A DNA stretch of 63,103 nucleotides, the filler included, from Chiloscyllium plagiosum (taxonomy: Eukaryota): NCBI RefSeq assembly GCF_004010195.1. It is 3 parts of one record of this genome, joined end to end, with 100 filler letters (N's around TTAATTAATTAA, not from the genome) between each part and the next. Parts side by side here need not be neighbours in the genome. Positions count along the whole stretch, not along the records: positions 1 to 15,740 come from NC_057714.1; positions 15,841 to 47,584 come from NC_057714.1; 1 more part is not named here. One strand, written 5' to 3'. A program made the position numbers and the translations under genes. The notes under the pieces were generated by a model, which worked only from the letters and a program-made list of their open reading frames with translations, searched no databases and was not told the origin of the DNA. Position 1 is the first letter of the stretch, and the number at the start of each line of letters is the position of its first letter. Positions 13,613-25,900 of the stretch are shown in pieces.

Positions 13613-14357
13613 CCTTTGAGTTAAAGCCCAACATTTCCTTTGCCTTACCTATTACCAGCTGAGTTTGAATGGCAGGTTTTTTTTTATGTTTCAAGTCTCT
13701 GAAATCCCTCTGGGCATCAGCTCTCTGCAATTTGTCTTCACTCTGGCCTCCAAATGCTTCCAGGTTCCCATCAATGTCATTGACTATTAATTGTCATCTG
13801 AAGTGGCCTAGCAAGCCAATTGGTTCATTGGTAATAATGATGCCCACATCCCATGAAAGAATAAATCAAGGGAAAACTAAAAAGAAGTAAAAGAGAAGAT
13901 TGATACAACATCAGTAGAACAACAAAGAAATTTGCCAACTTGATACTTTCGAAATGAACATAAACACTTATAAAATTATTCGACACAGTAAATGTAGGCA
14001 CGACTGGGGAGTCCAGAACCAGGGGTTACACTTTTAAGAATACAGGGTAGCTCATTTAGAACTGAGATGAGGAGAAATATTTTCACCCAGAGAGTGTGAG
14101 CCACAGAGAAATTGGATGTTTTCCAAAAAGAATTAGATGTAGTCTTATGGCTAAAGTGTTCAAAGGTTTGGGGAGAAAGCAGAAACTGCATTCTGAATTA
14201 GCTGATAATCCATGATCATAGTGAATGGTGGAGCAGGCTCAAAGGGCCAAGTGGTCTACTCCTGCTCCTATTTTCTATGTTTCTATGCATTAATATGTAA
14301 AATAAATAGTTGTTTAGTATGACACACAAAAAAATGACATTTCTCTCATGTCAACAG

Positions 14358-14402
14358 TGAAGCAGCGAGAAGAAGTTGAAGAAATGCAACAACTACAGCG
14401 AA
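14358..14402 (+). CDS. Candidate 45-bp internal coding exon, phase 1-1 (xKQREEVEEMQQLQR), gene unknown
   Basis: Acceptor tttctctcatgtcaacAG and donor GTAAGT in non-repeat sequence; length is a multiple of 3; only one frame is open. Confidence 0.5.
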
Positions 14403-15059
14403 GTAAGTTTATATATGAATTGTTTTATTTATTTGTTCATTGTGTGCTGCATTGATGGTTGACTGCCCTAATTTCACTTGAGAAGGTGTGGCCATCTACT
14501 TTCTTGAATTGCTATAGCTCATATACAACCACAATTCTTTTAGGGAGGGAGTTCCAGGAATTTAACCTCGTAACAGTGAAGGAATGGCAGTATAGTTCCA
14601 AGTCAGGATGGTGAGTGACTTGGAGGGGACGTTGCAGGTAGTACTGTTTGCATGTATCTGCTGCTGTGGTCCTTTTTGATGGTAATGGTTACAGTTTGGA
14701 ATGAGCTGGCAAAGGAACTGCGGTGAATTGGTGCACTGCATCTTATGCTTGGTACATATTGCTGCCATTGTGTTTTGGTAGTAAAGGGAATAAATGTTAA
14801 AGTTGGCTGCTTTCCCCTGGATGGTGCTGAGCTTCTTGGGTGGAGGTGGACTCATCCAGGTAAGTGGGTAATAATCCAGCACACTCCTGACTTGTGCATA
14901 GTAGGTAATGGATAGGCTCTAGGGAATCAGGAGGTGAGTTACTCACTGCAGTATTCCTGGCCTCCGACCTGCTGTTGTAGCAACAGCATTTATATGATCA
15001 GTTCAGTTGAGTTCCAGGTCAATGGTAACCCCCAAGGTATTGATAGTGGGGAATTTACT

Positions 15060-15365
15060 TTTTGTTTATTCACTCATGGGATGAGGATATTGCTGGCTAG
15101 CATTTATTAACTATTCTTAATTGCCCAGAGGGCAGTTAAAATTCAACCACATTGTTGTGCATCTGGAGTCACATGTAGGCCAGACAAGATAGAGATGGCA
15201 GTTTTCTTCCTAAAAGGGCATTATTGAACTATTTGCGCTTTTCCTGACAATTGACAATGGTTTTGTGGTCATTGTTAGACTCTTAATTCCAGATTTTTAA
15301 AAAGATTGAATTCAAATTGCACCATCTGTCATGGCAGGATTGGAACCCAGGCCCCCAGAACAGTG
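15060..15365 (-). mobile_element. DeuSINE (SacSINE1-like)
   Basis: Deu-domain-like core (ctggcctacatgtgactccag..tgtggttga) with a CR1-derived tail. Confidence 0.65.
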
Positions 15366-15580
15366 TTGAAGTCACGATTGATTATGGAGGGGTGGTTGTT
15401 GGCGATGAACATTGCCTAGCATTTATAAGGTGTGATTGTTCACTAGTCAGTGCAAACCTGAATGTTGTTTGGGTCTTGGTCTATTTGGATGCTAGCTTTG
15501 TGTGATTCATGGATGAGGAAGTGCTGGCTATGGCAGCTATGTGCCATGAGCAGCACATGTTTCTGACTACTGAGGGTTGT

Positions 15581-15740
15581 CACGGTGGCACAGTGGTTAG
15601 CACTGCTGCCTCACAGCGCCATGAGACCCGGGTTCAATTCCCGACTCAGGCGACTGACTGTGTGGAGTTTGCACATTCTCCCCGTGTCTGCGTGGGTTTC
15701 CTCCGGGTGCTCCGGTTTCCTCCCACAGTCCAAAAAGATG
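15581..15740 (+). mobile_element. HE1-type tRNA-derived V-SINE, cut by the gap
   Basis: Pol III A box (tggcacagtgg) and B box (ggttcaattcc), plus V-domain gtgggtttcctccgggtgctccggtttcctcccac. Confidence 0.85.
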
Positions 15741-15840
15741 NNNNNNNNNNNNNNNNNNNNNNNNNNNNNNNNNNNNNNNNNNNNTTAATTAATTAANNNN
15801 NNNNNNNNNNNNNNNNNNNNNNNNNNNNNNNNNNNNNNNN
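15741..15840. other. Assembly gap with artificial linker N44-TTAATTAATTAA-N44
   Basis: Exactly 100 bp with a six-frame stop linker in the centre; same structure at 47585-47684. Confidence 0.95.
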
Positions 15841-16339
15841 GGAAGGTCTTGGTGAGGTGCTCATCCTCATTGATAATGTGTTACAGGCTCCGAAGAACAT
15901 GGCGTAATTTTTCAGCTCCTGGGAAATACTGAACAACGAAGGGTACCCTGTCGGTTGCAGCCCGTGTCTGTCTCCTGAGAAGATCATTACGGTTCCTTGC
16001 TGTGGCACGTCGGAACTGGCGGTCGATGAGTTGAGCATCATACCCAGTTTTTGTGAGGCCATCCTTGAGTACTTCCAGGTGTCCGTCACGTTCCTCCTCA
16101 TCTGAGCAGATCCGGTGTATGCGTAGGGCTTGTCCATAGGGGATGGCTGTTTTAATATGTTTTGGGTGGAAGCTGGAGAAGTGTTGCATTGTGAGGTTGT
16201 CTGTGGGTTTGCAGTAGAGTGTGGTGCTGAGGTGTCCATCCTTGATGGAGACGCATGTGTTCAAGAATGAGACAGTCGAGAGTAGCCCATGGTGAGTTTG
16301 ATGGTGGGATGAAACTTGTTGATGTCACTGTGTAGCTTG
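15841..16339 (-). mobile_element. Inverted Penelope-like fragment abutting the + copy
   Basis: Reverse-complement homolog of about 17205-17640 (TTLYCKPTD...HPKHIKTAIPYGQALRIHRICS). Confidence 0.85.
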
Positions 16340-18632
16340 ACATGTATGCTCAAACCGTCAGGAAATATATAAATGCCAGATTCATCAGCCGTACCCACAA
16401 GGTAGAGCAAAACATCACCCGTTCACAGCACAATGACATCCATGCACTCAAAGCCAATCACAACATTGTCATTAAACCAGCAGATAAAGGAGGAGCCATT
16501 GTCATTTAGAATAGAACAGATTACTGCAAGGAAGTGTAAGGAACACTACAGGCAACTACCAGCTGATCCGACCAAAGAACACACCTGAGAATTAAACACA
16601 CTGGTCAGAACTTCGGATCCAGTCCTTCAGAGTTCCCTACGCGCCCTCATCCCACGTACTTCTCGTGTAGGCGACTTCTACTGCCTTCCAAAGGTACACA
16701 AAGCCAACACACCGGGACGTCCCATGTATCGGGCAATAGGACCCTATGTGAGAATCCCTCCGGCTATGTGGAAGGCATCTTGAAATCTATTGTACAGGGG
16801 ATCTCCAGCTTCTGTCGCGACACTACGGATTTCTTACAAAAACTCAGCACCCACGGACCAGTCGAACCGGGAACATTTCTCGCCACAATGGACACTTCCG
16901 CACTCTACACCAGCATCCCCCACAATGATGGCATCGTGGAAACAGCCTCAGTATTCAACACCAACAACTGCCAATCTCCAAACGCCATCCTACAACTCAT
17001 CCGCTTTATCCTTGATCACAACGTCTTCACCTTTGACAACCAGTTCTTCATCCAGACACACGGAACAGCCATGGGGACCAAATTTGCACCCCAATATGCC
17101 AACATTTTTATGCACAGGTTCTCCCAACAACATTGTACACCAGGTACATTGAGAACATTTTCTTTCTCTGGACCCATGGTGAGGAGTCACTGATAAAACT
17201 ACACAGTGACATCAACAAGTTTCATCCCACCATCAAACTCACTATGGACTACTCTCGACTGTCTGTCTCATTCTTGGACACATGCGTCTCCATCAAGGAT
17301 GGACACCTCAGCACCACCCAAAACATATTAAAACAGCCATCCCCTATGGACAAGCCCTACGCATACACCGGATCTGCTCAGATGAGGAGGAATGTGACGG
17401 ACACCTGGAAGTACTCCAGGATGGCCTCACAAGAACGGGGTACGATACTCAACTCATTGACCGCCAGTTCCGACGTGCCACAGCAAGGAACCGTAATGAC
17501 CTTCTCAGGAGACAGACACGAGCTGCAACTGACAGGGTACCCTTCGTTGTTCAGTATTACCCAGGAGCTGAAAAATTACGCCATGCTCTTCGTGACCTGC
17601 AGCACATTATCAATGAGGATGAGCACCTCACCAAGACCTTCCCCACACCTCCACTACTTGCCTTTAAACAACCGCCAAACCTCAAACAGATTGTTGTTTG
17701 TAGCAAGCTGCACGGTTCTCAGGACAACTCCATACAACCCTGTCATGGTAGACGCTGCAAGACGTGTCAGAGTGTGGACATAGATACCACCATTATGCGT
17801 GGGGACACCTCCCACCTTGTACATGGCAGGCACTCATGTGACTCAGCCAACGTTGTCTGTCTTATACGTTGCAAGCAAGGATGCCCGGAGGCATGGTACA
17901 TTGGGGAAACCGAGTAAAGGCTATGACAACGGATGAATGGGCACTGCACAACAATCAATAGACAGGAGGGTTCCCTCCCAGTTGGGGAACACTTCAGTGG
18001 TCCAGGACATTCAGCCTCGGACCTTCAGGTGACCATCCTCCAAGGTGGACTTCGGGACAGGCAGCAGCGAAAAGTGGCTGAGCAGAGGCTGATAGCTAGT
18101 ACCCATAGGTACCCATAGGGAGGGCCTCAACCGGGACCTTGGGTTCATGTCACAGTACAGGTGATCACCATTGCACTATACACACACACAGATACTCCTA
18201 CACACACACACACTCTCACACACACACAGGCACTTCTATACACACATACACACGGACACACAGATGTGCACACAGACACCCACACACACCCTTACAGACA
18301 CACANNNNNNNNNNNNNNNNNNNNNNNNNNNNNNNNNNNNNNNNNNATTGTTAACAGCTAACCCGAGAATGCAACTTTTTAAAAAAAAGTTTTTGTGATT
18401 TACACATGAAAGAAGTGAAACTATCACTGTATTCTAACAGATGAAAGGCTTAACAGGCAATCAATTTTTCAATGTATAATTTCAGTTACATCACACTGTA
18501 AATTTTTGTTATAAATTCTGTGTTACGATCGAGCCCTCCACTATCACTTGATGAAGGAGCGACGCTCCAAAAGCTAGTGTGCTTCCAATTAAACCTGTTG
18601 GACTAGAACCTGGTTTTGTGTGATTTGTAACT
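16340..18632 (+). mobile_element. Penelope-like retroelement (RT plus GIY-YIG), degenerate
   Basis: IKPADKGG, TMDTSALYTSIPH, GTAMGTKFAPQYANIFM, RYIENIF (degraded YIDD), NVVCLIRC..WYIGET; (CA)n tract; degenerate hammerhead at about 18546-18580. Confidence 0.9.
18178..18304. repeat. (CA)n-rich microsatellite in the Penelope 3' region, followed by a 42-N gap
   Basis: Seen directly in the sequence. Confidence 0.9.
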
Positions 18633-19016
18633 TAATACTAAGAGATACATTGAAGAATAAGGACCTTTTTCAGATAGAGATGAGGAGAAAATGTCTCCCA
18701 TCTGGCATACAATACACTGTATCCAGGTAGCTCCCTACCTTCTTATCCACCTTTCATCTCTAATCACCTGGCAGACTGCTTCTTCACCTATACACCAGCT
18801 ATCATGGCACACTCCCCTTTCTTCATTCACTATCTAGATGGCTTTGGGAACGTTAAACTGTCTTACTCCCAAAAACTGCCATGAAAAAGGGGCATGGTTT
18901 GTCCTATTAATGTTACTCCTGTGCTAACTGGCTTTTTCCCTGGATTCCTCCAATGAATGCATTCAAGACAGGTAAGACTCAGAATCTAAGCCTGAAGTCA
19001 CAAGCAATTATTGGTT

Positions 19017-19331
19017 GGCATGGTGGCTCAGTGGTTAATACTGCTGCCTCAGAGCACCAGGGACCCAGTTCAATCCCACCTGTACGTGTGGGGTTTGCAC
19101 ATTCTCCCTGTGTCTGCTTCCATGGGTTTCCTCTGGGTGCTCCGGTTTCATCCCACAGTCCAAGGATGTTCAGGCTCGGTGAATCGGCCATGCTAAATTG
19201 CTCATAGAGTCCAGGAATGTGCAGACTACGTGGGGCAATTGGGTGGGTCTGGGTGGGATATCCTTCAGATGGTCGGTGGACAATCAGGCTGAATGGCCTG
19301 CTTCCATATTGTAGGAATTTTATTCTATGAT
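19017..19331 (+). mobile_element. HE1-type V-SINE
   Basis: tRNA head, V-domain and CR1-like tail. Confidence 0.8.
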
Positions 19332-19428
19332 TGGCTAATTTTAAACAGGATTCTTGTGGGTTGAATCTGTTCTGACTATAATTGGAACTTCAGGACCATT
19401 ACTGAAAATAATATTTGAGCTGACTTAC

Positions 19429-19488
19429 TGTCGGTATCAAGGGTTGGAATCAACGGATGAAAGGATGAGTCGGTGGTATCATATGTTG
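19429..19488 (-). CDS. 60-bp phase 1-1 mini-exon, type D: (T)TYDTTDSSFHPLIPTLDTD
   Basis: Acceptor ttcctttcttctctttccacAG; donor GTAAGT; open frame; 5 differences from the 30169 copy, all synonymous. Confidence 0.85.
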
Positions 19489-19974
19489 CTGTGGAAAGAG
19501 AAGAAAGGAACATTTAGCATTTACCTCTGTAACTCCCACAGATATGAGGTGTAAGCATTTTAATTATTCTTAATCTATTCATGGAAATAAATGCCACTGG
19601 CTGGGACCATTCCTAATTAGATTACATTAGATTACATTAGATTACATTAGATTACATTACAGTGTGGAATTGTCCTGGAGAAGGTGGTGAGGAGCTGCTA
19701 TTTGGAACCCCTGAATTCTTTGTGGTGTAGAGACACCCACAATGCTGTTAGGCAGCGGTTTCCCTGGCCAACTGAGAGTAAAGGGATGACAATCTATTTC
19801 CAAGGCTGGACCATATTTGCCTCGGAGGGGAACCTGCAGGTGGCGGTGTTCCCATGCACCTGCTACTATTGTCCTCGTAAATGGCAGAGGTTGTGGGCTT
19901 GGAGGTTCATCAAAAGACTTTGGGTGAAATGCTGCAGTGCATTCTGGGAATGGTATGCAATACTACCACTGACA

Positions 19975-22900
19975 CTCGTAAGTTCACCAGATATAGGAGC
20001 AGAATTTGGCCATTCGGCTCATCGGGTCTGCACCATCATTCGATCACGGCTGATATGCTCCTCACCCCCATTTTCCTGCCTTCTCTCCACATTCCTTCAA
20101 CCCATTACAAATTTAAAATCTGTCTAACTCCCCCTTAAATTTTCTCACTGTCCCAGCATCCATCGCACTTTGGGGGAATGAATTCCCCAGATTCACAACC
20201 CTTTGGGAGAAGTGGTTTCTCCTCAACTCTGTTTTAAATTTGCTACCCCTCAGCCTAAGACTATGACTCCTTGTCTTAGAATGTGCCCCAAGAGGAAGCA
20301 TTCACTCCATGTCTATTTTATCCATGCCTGTTATCATCGTGAATACCTCAATTTAATCTCCCTCATTCTTCCAAATTCCAGAGTCTTGGCCTAAACTGTT
20401 CTCTTCATACAACAAAACCCTCATAGAACATTGAACACAGAACAGTACAGCACAGTACAGGCCCTTCGGCCCTCAATGTTGTGCCGACCTTCTATCCTAC
20501 TCTAAGATCAGACTAACCTACATGCCCTTCATTGTACTATCTTCCATGTGCCTACCCAAGAGGTGTTTAAATGTCCCTAATGTATCTGATGCTACCACCA
20601 CTGCTGGCAGTGCATTTTACGCACCCACCATTCTCTGAGTAAAGAACCTACCTCTGACATCTCCCCTAAACCTTCCTCCAATTACCTCAAAATTATGCCC
20701 CCTTGTGATAGACATTTCCACCATGGGAAAAAGTCTCTGGCTATCCACTTTATGTATGCCTCTCACCAACTTGTACATCTCTAACAAGTCCCCTCTCATC
20801 CTTCTTCGCTCCAATGAGAAACGTCCTAGCTCCCTCAATCTTTCTTTATAAGACATGCCCTCCAGTACAGGCAGCATCCTGGTAAATCTCCTCTGCACCC
20901 TCTCTAAAGCTTCCACATGCTTCCTATAATGAGACGACCAGAACTGAACACAAACCAGGGCTCTAGAGAGCTGCAGCATAACTTTGCAGCAATTAAACTC
21001 AATCCCCGCTGCTGTTGAAAGCCAACACACCATTTGCCTTTAACAATCCAATCAAACTGTGTAGCAACTTTGAGGGGCCAAAGGACCTGAACCCCAATAT
21101 CCCTCTATTCCTCCACACTGCCAAGAATCCTGCCTTTAACCCTGTATTCTGCATTAAAATTCAACCTTCCAAAGTGAACCACTTCACACCTTTCCAGGTT
21201 GAACTCCATCTGCTACTTACCAGCCCAGTTCTGCATCCTGTTAATGTCCCATTGCAACCTACAACAGCCCTCCACACTATCCACAATTCCACCAACCTTC
21301 GTGTCACTGGCAAACTTACTAACCCACCCTTCCACTTCCTCATTCAAGTCACTTATAAAAATCACAAAGAGCAGAGATCCCAGAACTGATCCCTGCAGAA
21401 CATTACTGGTCATTGAGCTCCAGGCTGAATACTTTTCATCTACCACCAACCTCTGTATTCTGTGGGTCAGCCAAACCTGTATCTAGACAGACAGGTTTCC
21501 CAATATCCCATGTCTCCTTACTTTCTGAATGAGACTACCATGAGGAACCTTATTAAAAGCCTTGCTAAAATCCACGTAAACTATATCCACTGCTCTACCT
21601 TTATCAACGTGTTTTGTCACATCCTCAAACAATTCAATAAGGTTTGTGAAGCATGATCTGCCCGTCACAAAGCCATGCTGACTATCTCTAATGAAAGTAT
21701 GGTTTTCCAAGTAATCATAAATCCTGTCTCTCAGAATCCTCTCTAATACTTTGCCCACCATAGACGTGGGACTGACTGGTCTGTAATTCCCAGGATTATC
21801 CCTATTCCATTTCTTGAACAATGGAATAACATTTGCCACCCTCCACTCATCTGGCATTATTCCAGTGGACAGTGAGGTCACAAAGGTCATCGCCAGTGGT
21901 GCATCAAACTCTTCCCTCACTTCCTGTTATAATCTAGGGTATATCCTGCATGGCCCAGGGGATTATCTATCCGTATGTTTTTCATACTTTTCAGCACATC
22001 CTCCTTCCTAACATCGACATGTTTGAGCGTATCAGTCTGTTTCTCACAGATGTCAGAAATGTCAAGGTCCCTCTCAGTAGTGAATACTGAAGCAAAATAT
22101 TCATTAAGGACCTCCTTTACTTCCTCTGACTCCAGGCACACGTTCTCTCCACTGTCACTTATCGGCCCTACCCTCACTGTTGCCATCCTCTTGTTCCTCA
22201 CATAGTTGTAGAATGCTGTATGGTTTTCCTTAATACTCCCCACTAAAGTCTTTTCATGTCTCCTTCTAGCTCTCCTAAGTCCATTCTTCAGTTCCTTCCT
22301 GCCTACCTTGTAACCCTCTAAAGCCCTGTCTGGTCTTTGCCTTCTCAACCTTAAGTAAGCTTCCTTCTTCTCCTTGACTAGATGTTCCACATCCCTAGTC
22401 ACCCAAGGTTCCTTCACCCTACCATCCCTCTCTTGCCTCAGAGGGACAAACCTGTCCAGCACTCGCAGCAAATACTCCCTAAACAACCTCCATATTTCTG
22501 TCATGTATTTCCCTGAGAACATCTGTTCCAAATTTAGGCGCTCCAGTTCATGTCTAATAGCATTGTAATTCCCCCTCCCTCAATTAAATACTTTCCATGT
22601 CGTCTCTGCTCCTAACCCTATCATGGTCATGGAGTTGCGATTATTACCACCGAAATGCTCTCCCACTGAGAGATCTGACACCTGACCTGCTTCATTGCCA
22701 AGTGCCAAATTCAATTTGGCCTCCCCTCTAGTTGGCCTATCTACATATTACATCAGGAACCCTTCCTGGACACACCTGACAAAAAAACTGCTCCATCCAA
22801 CCTATTTGAACTAAGTAGGTTCCAATCAATATTAGGGAAATCAAAGTCACCCATGACAACAACCCTGTTATTTCTGCACATTTCCAAAATCTGCCTCCCA

Positions 22901-25900
22901 ATCTGCTCCTCTATGTCTCTGTTGCAATTGGGCGGCCTGTAGAAAACTCTCTGTTTCTGACGTCCATCTGTACTGACTCTGCAGACAAACCCTCCTTGAC
23001 AATCTCCCTTTCTGCAGCTGTGATACTGTGTCTGATTAGCAATGCCACTCCTCCACCTCTTTTATCTTCCCACCCTATTCCTTTTGGAACATCTAAACCC
23101 TGGAACGTCCAACAACCATTCCTGCTCCTGTGATATCCAAGTCTCTGTAATAATTGGGTGGCCTGTAGAAAACTCTCTGTTTCTGACGTCCATCTGTACT
23201 GACTCTGCAGACAAACCCTCCTTGACAATCTCCCTTTCTGCAGCTGTGATACTGTGTCTGATTAGCAATGCCACTCCTCCACCTCTTTTATCTTCCCACC
23301 CTATTCCTTTTGGAACATCTAAACCCTGGAACGTCCAACAACCATTCCTGCTCCTGTGATATCCAAGTCTCTGTAATGGCCACAACATTTCTTGGATCAA
23401 ACAAGTGAACCTTCTCTGAACTGCCATCAGCGCCACTACATCTTTCCTTGAGTAAGGGGATCAAAACTGTGCACAACACTCCAGGTGCGGTCTCACCAAT
23501 ACTTTGTATAGTTGCAACACTACTTCCTTATCTTTATATTCTATTCCTTGAGCTATAAAAGCCAACATTTGATTCACTTCCTTTATTATCTGCTGTACCT
23601 GCATGCTAGTTTTCCATGACTGAGGACAGCCAGATCCCTCTGCACCTTAGCACCCCAAAGACTCTTCTCATTTAGATAATAGGTCGCCTTCGCATTTTTC
23701 CCACCAAAATGCACGACCTCACACTTATCCATGTTAAACTTGGCCTACTCTTTCCTAACCTATCTATATCCATTTTTAAGGTTCTTATCTCCCCATTGCA
23801 ATTTACTGTCCTGCCTATTTTTGTGTCATCTGCAAATTTGGCTATAGAGTCTTCTATCCCTGCATCCGAGTCATTAATATAGATTGTAAATAGCTGAGGC
23901 CAAAGGACCATAAAACCATAAGTCATAGAAGCAGAGTTTACGCCAATCAGCCCATCAAGTCTGCTCCGCCATTCAATCATGGCTGATAAATTTCTCAGAT
24001 CTATTCTTCTGCTTTCTCCTCAAAACCGTTGATCCCCTTGATACTCAAGAACCTATCTATCTCCGATTTAAATATACTCAATGACCTGGCCTCCACAGCC
24101 TTCCACAGCAGTGAATTCCAAAGATTCCCCACTCTCTGGCTGAAGATGTTTCTCCTTAGCTCCGTTCTAAAAGGTCTTCCCTTTATTCGAAGGCTGTGCC
24201 CTTGGGTCCTAGTCTCTGCTACCAATGGAAACATCTTCCCAACTTCCACTCTGTCCAAGCCATTCAGTATTCTGTGAGTTTCATTTAGATCTCGTCTCAT
24301 CCTTACAAACTTTTTCGAGTATAGACCCAGAGTCCTCAACGTTACTCACATGTTAACCTTTCATTCTGGGAACATTCTCGTGAACCTATACTGAGCCTCA
24401 TGGCATCCCACTAGTTATTTCTTACCCTCCAGAAAAAAAACCATTTATCCCAACTCTGTCTTCTGTCCATCAGCCAGTCACCTATCCAAGCTAATAATCC
24501 AAGTAAGAAAGGAGGTTGCTAAGCTGCCGGCGAGGATATTTGCCTCCTCACTCTCCGTGGGAGTTGTTCCGGAGGATTGGAAGGAGGTGAATGTTGTTCC
24601 TCTTTTCAAGAAGGGAAATAGGGAAATCCCTGGCAATTACAGACCAGTCAGTCTTACGTCTGTGACCAGGAAAGTTTTGGAAGGAATTCGGAGGGATAGG
24701 ATTTATGACTATTTGGCAAAGCATAGTGTGATTAAAGGCAGTTAGCATGGCTTTGTCAGGGGCAGATCATGCCTCACAAATCCTATTGAGTTCTTTGAGG
24801 AGGCGTCAAAGCAGGTCGATGATGGTCGAGCAGTGGATGTGGTGTATATGGACTTCAGCAAGGCATTTGATAGGGTTCCCCATGGTAGGCTCATTCATAA
24901 AGACAGGAAGTATGGGATACAGGGAGATTTGGCTATCTGGATGGAAGGTATTCTGCCTGGAGGCCAGTGTTGAGTGGGGTCCTGCAGGGCTCTGTTCTTG
25001 GGCCTCTGCTCTTTGTAGTTTTTATAAATGACTTGGATGAGGAGGTTGAGGGGTGCGTTAGTAAATCTGCAGATGACACTAAGGTTGGAGGTGTCATCGA
25101 TAGTATAGAGGGCTACTGCAGGCTGTAGCGCAACATAGACAGGATGCAGGGCTGGGCTGAGAAATGGCAGATGGAGTTCAATCTGGATAAATGCGAAGTG
25201 ATGCATTTTGGAAGGTCGAACACGAATGCTGAATATAGGATTAAAGACAGAATTCTTGGCAGAGTGGAGGAACAGAAATATCTGGGTGTGCAAGTACATA
25301 GGTCCCTCAAAGTTGCCACCCAAGTGGATGGGGTTGTTAAGAAAGCATATGGTGTTTTGGCTTTCATTAACAGGGGGATCGAATTTAAGAGCCGCGAGGT
25401 TTTGCTGCAGCTCTACCAGTCCCTGGTGAGACTTGTGTCCAGTTCTGGTCGCCCTACTATAGGAAATATACAGAGGCTTTGGAGAGGGTGCAAAGAAGGT
25501 TTACCAGGATGCTACCTGGACTGGAGGGCTTGCTTTATGAAGAAGGTTGAATAAACTCGGACTTTTCTCTCTGGAGAGAAGGAGAAGAGAGGAGACCTAA
25601 TCGAGGTGTACAAAATAATGAGAGGAATAGATAGAATCAATAGCCAGAGACTTTTCCCCAGGGCATGATTGACTGGCACTAGAAGTCAGAGTTTGAAGAT
25701 ATTAGGAGGAAGGTATAAAGGAGACGTCAGAGGTAGGTTCTTTATGTAGAGAGTTGTGAATGCATGGAATGCGTTTCCAGCTGTAGTGGTGGAAGCAGAG
25801 TCATGGGGGACATTTAAGCCACTGCTGGACATGCACATGGATAGCAGTGAGTTGAGGGATGTGTAGGTTAACTTACTATATTTGACATTAGGATTAGGTC

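Larger units (their letters stand above)
11290..15060. mobile_element. Old mixed CR1-clade LINE fragments on both strands
   Basis: RT remnants (ALDIK.A.D, FADDCT, QQDLDNIQAW.DKWQ at 12.2-12.7 kb) and CR1 3' ends at about 11460, 12900 and 14285. Confidence 0.7.

Noticed and set aside
15581..15660. tRNA gene-like A/B boxes at SINE heads
   Set aside because: They continue into the V-SINE core, so they are SINEs and not tRNA genes.
22926..23378. 226-bp tandem duplication as a functional element
   Set aside because: It lies within a dead CR1 endonuclease region and is near-identical, so it is a recent neutral duplication or an assembly artifact.
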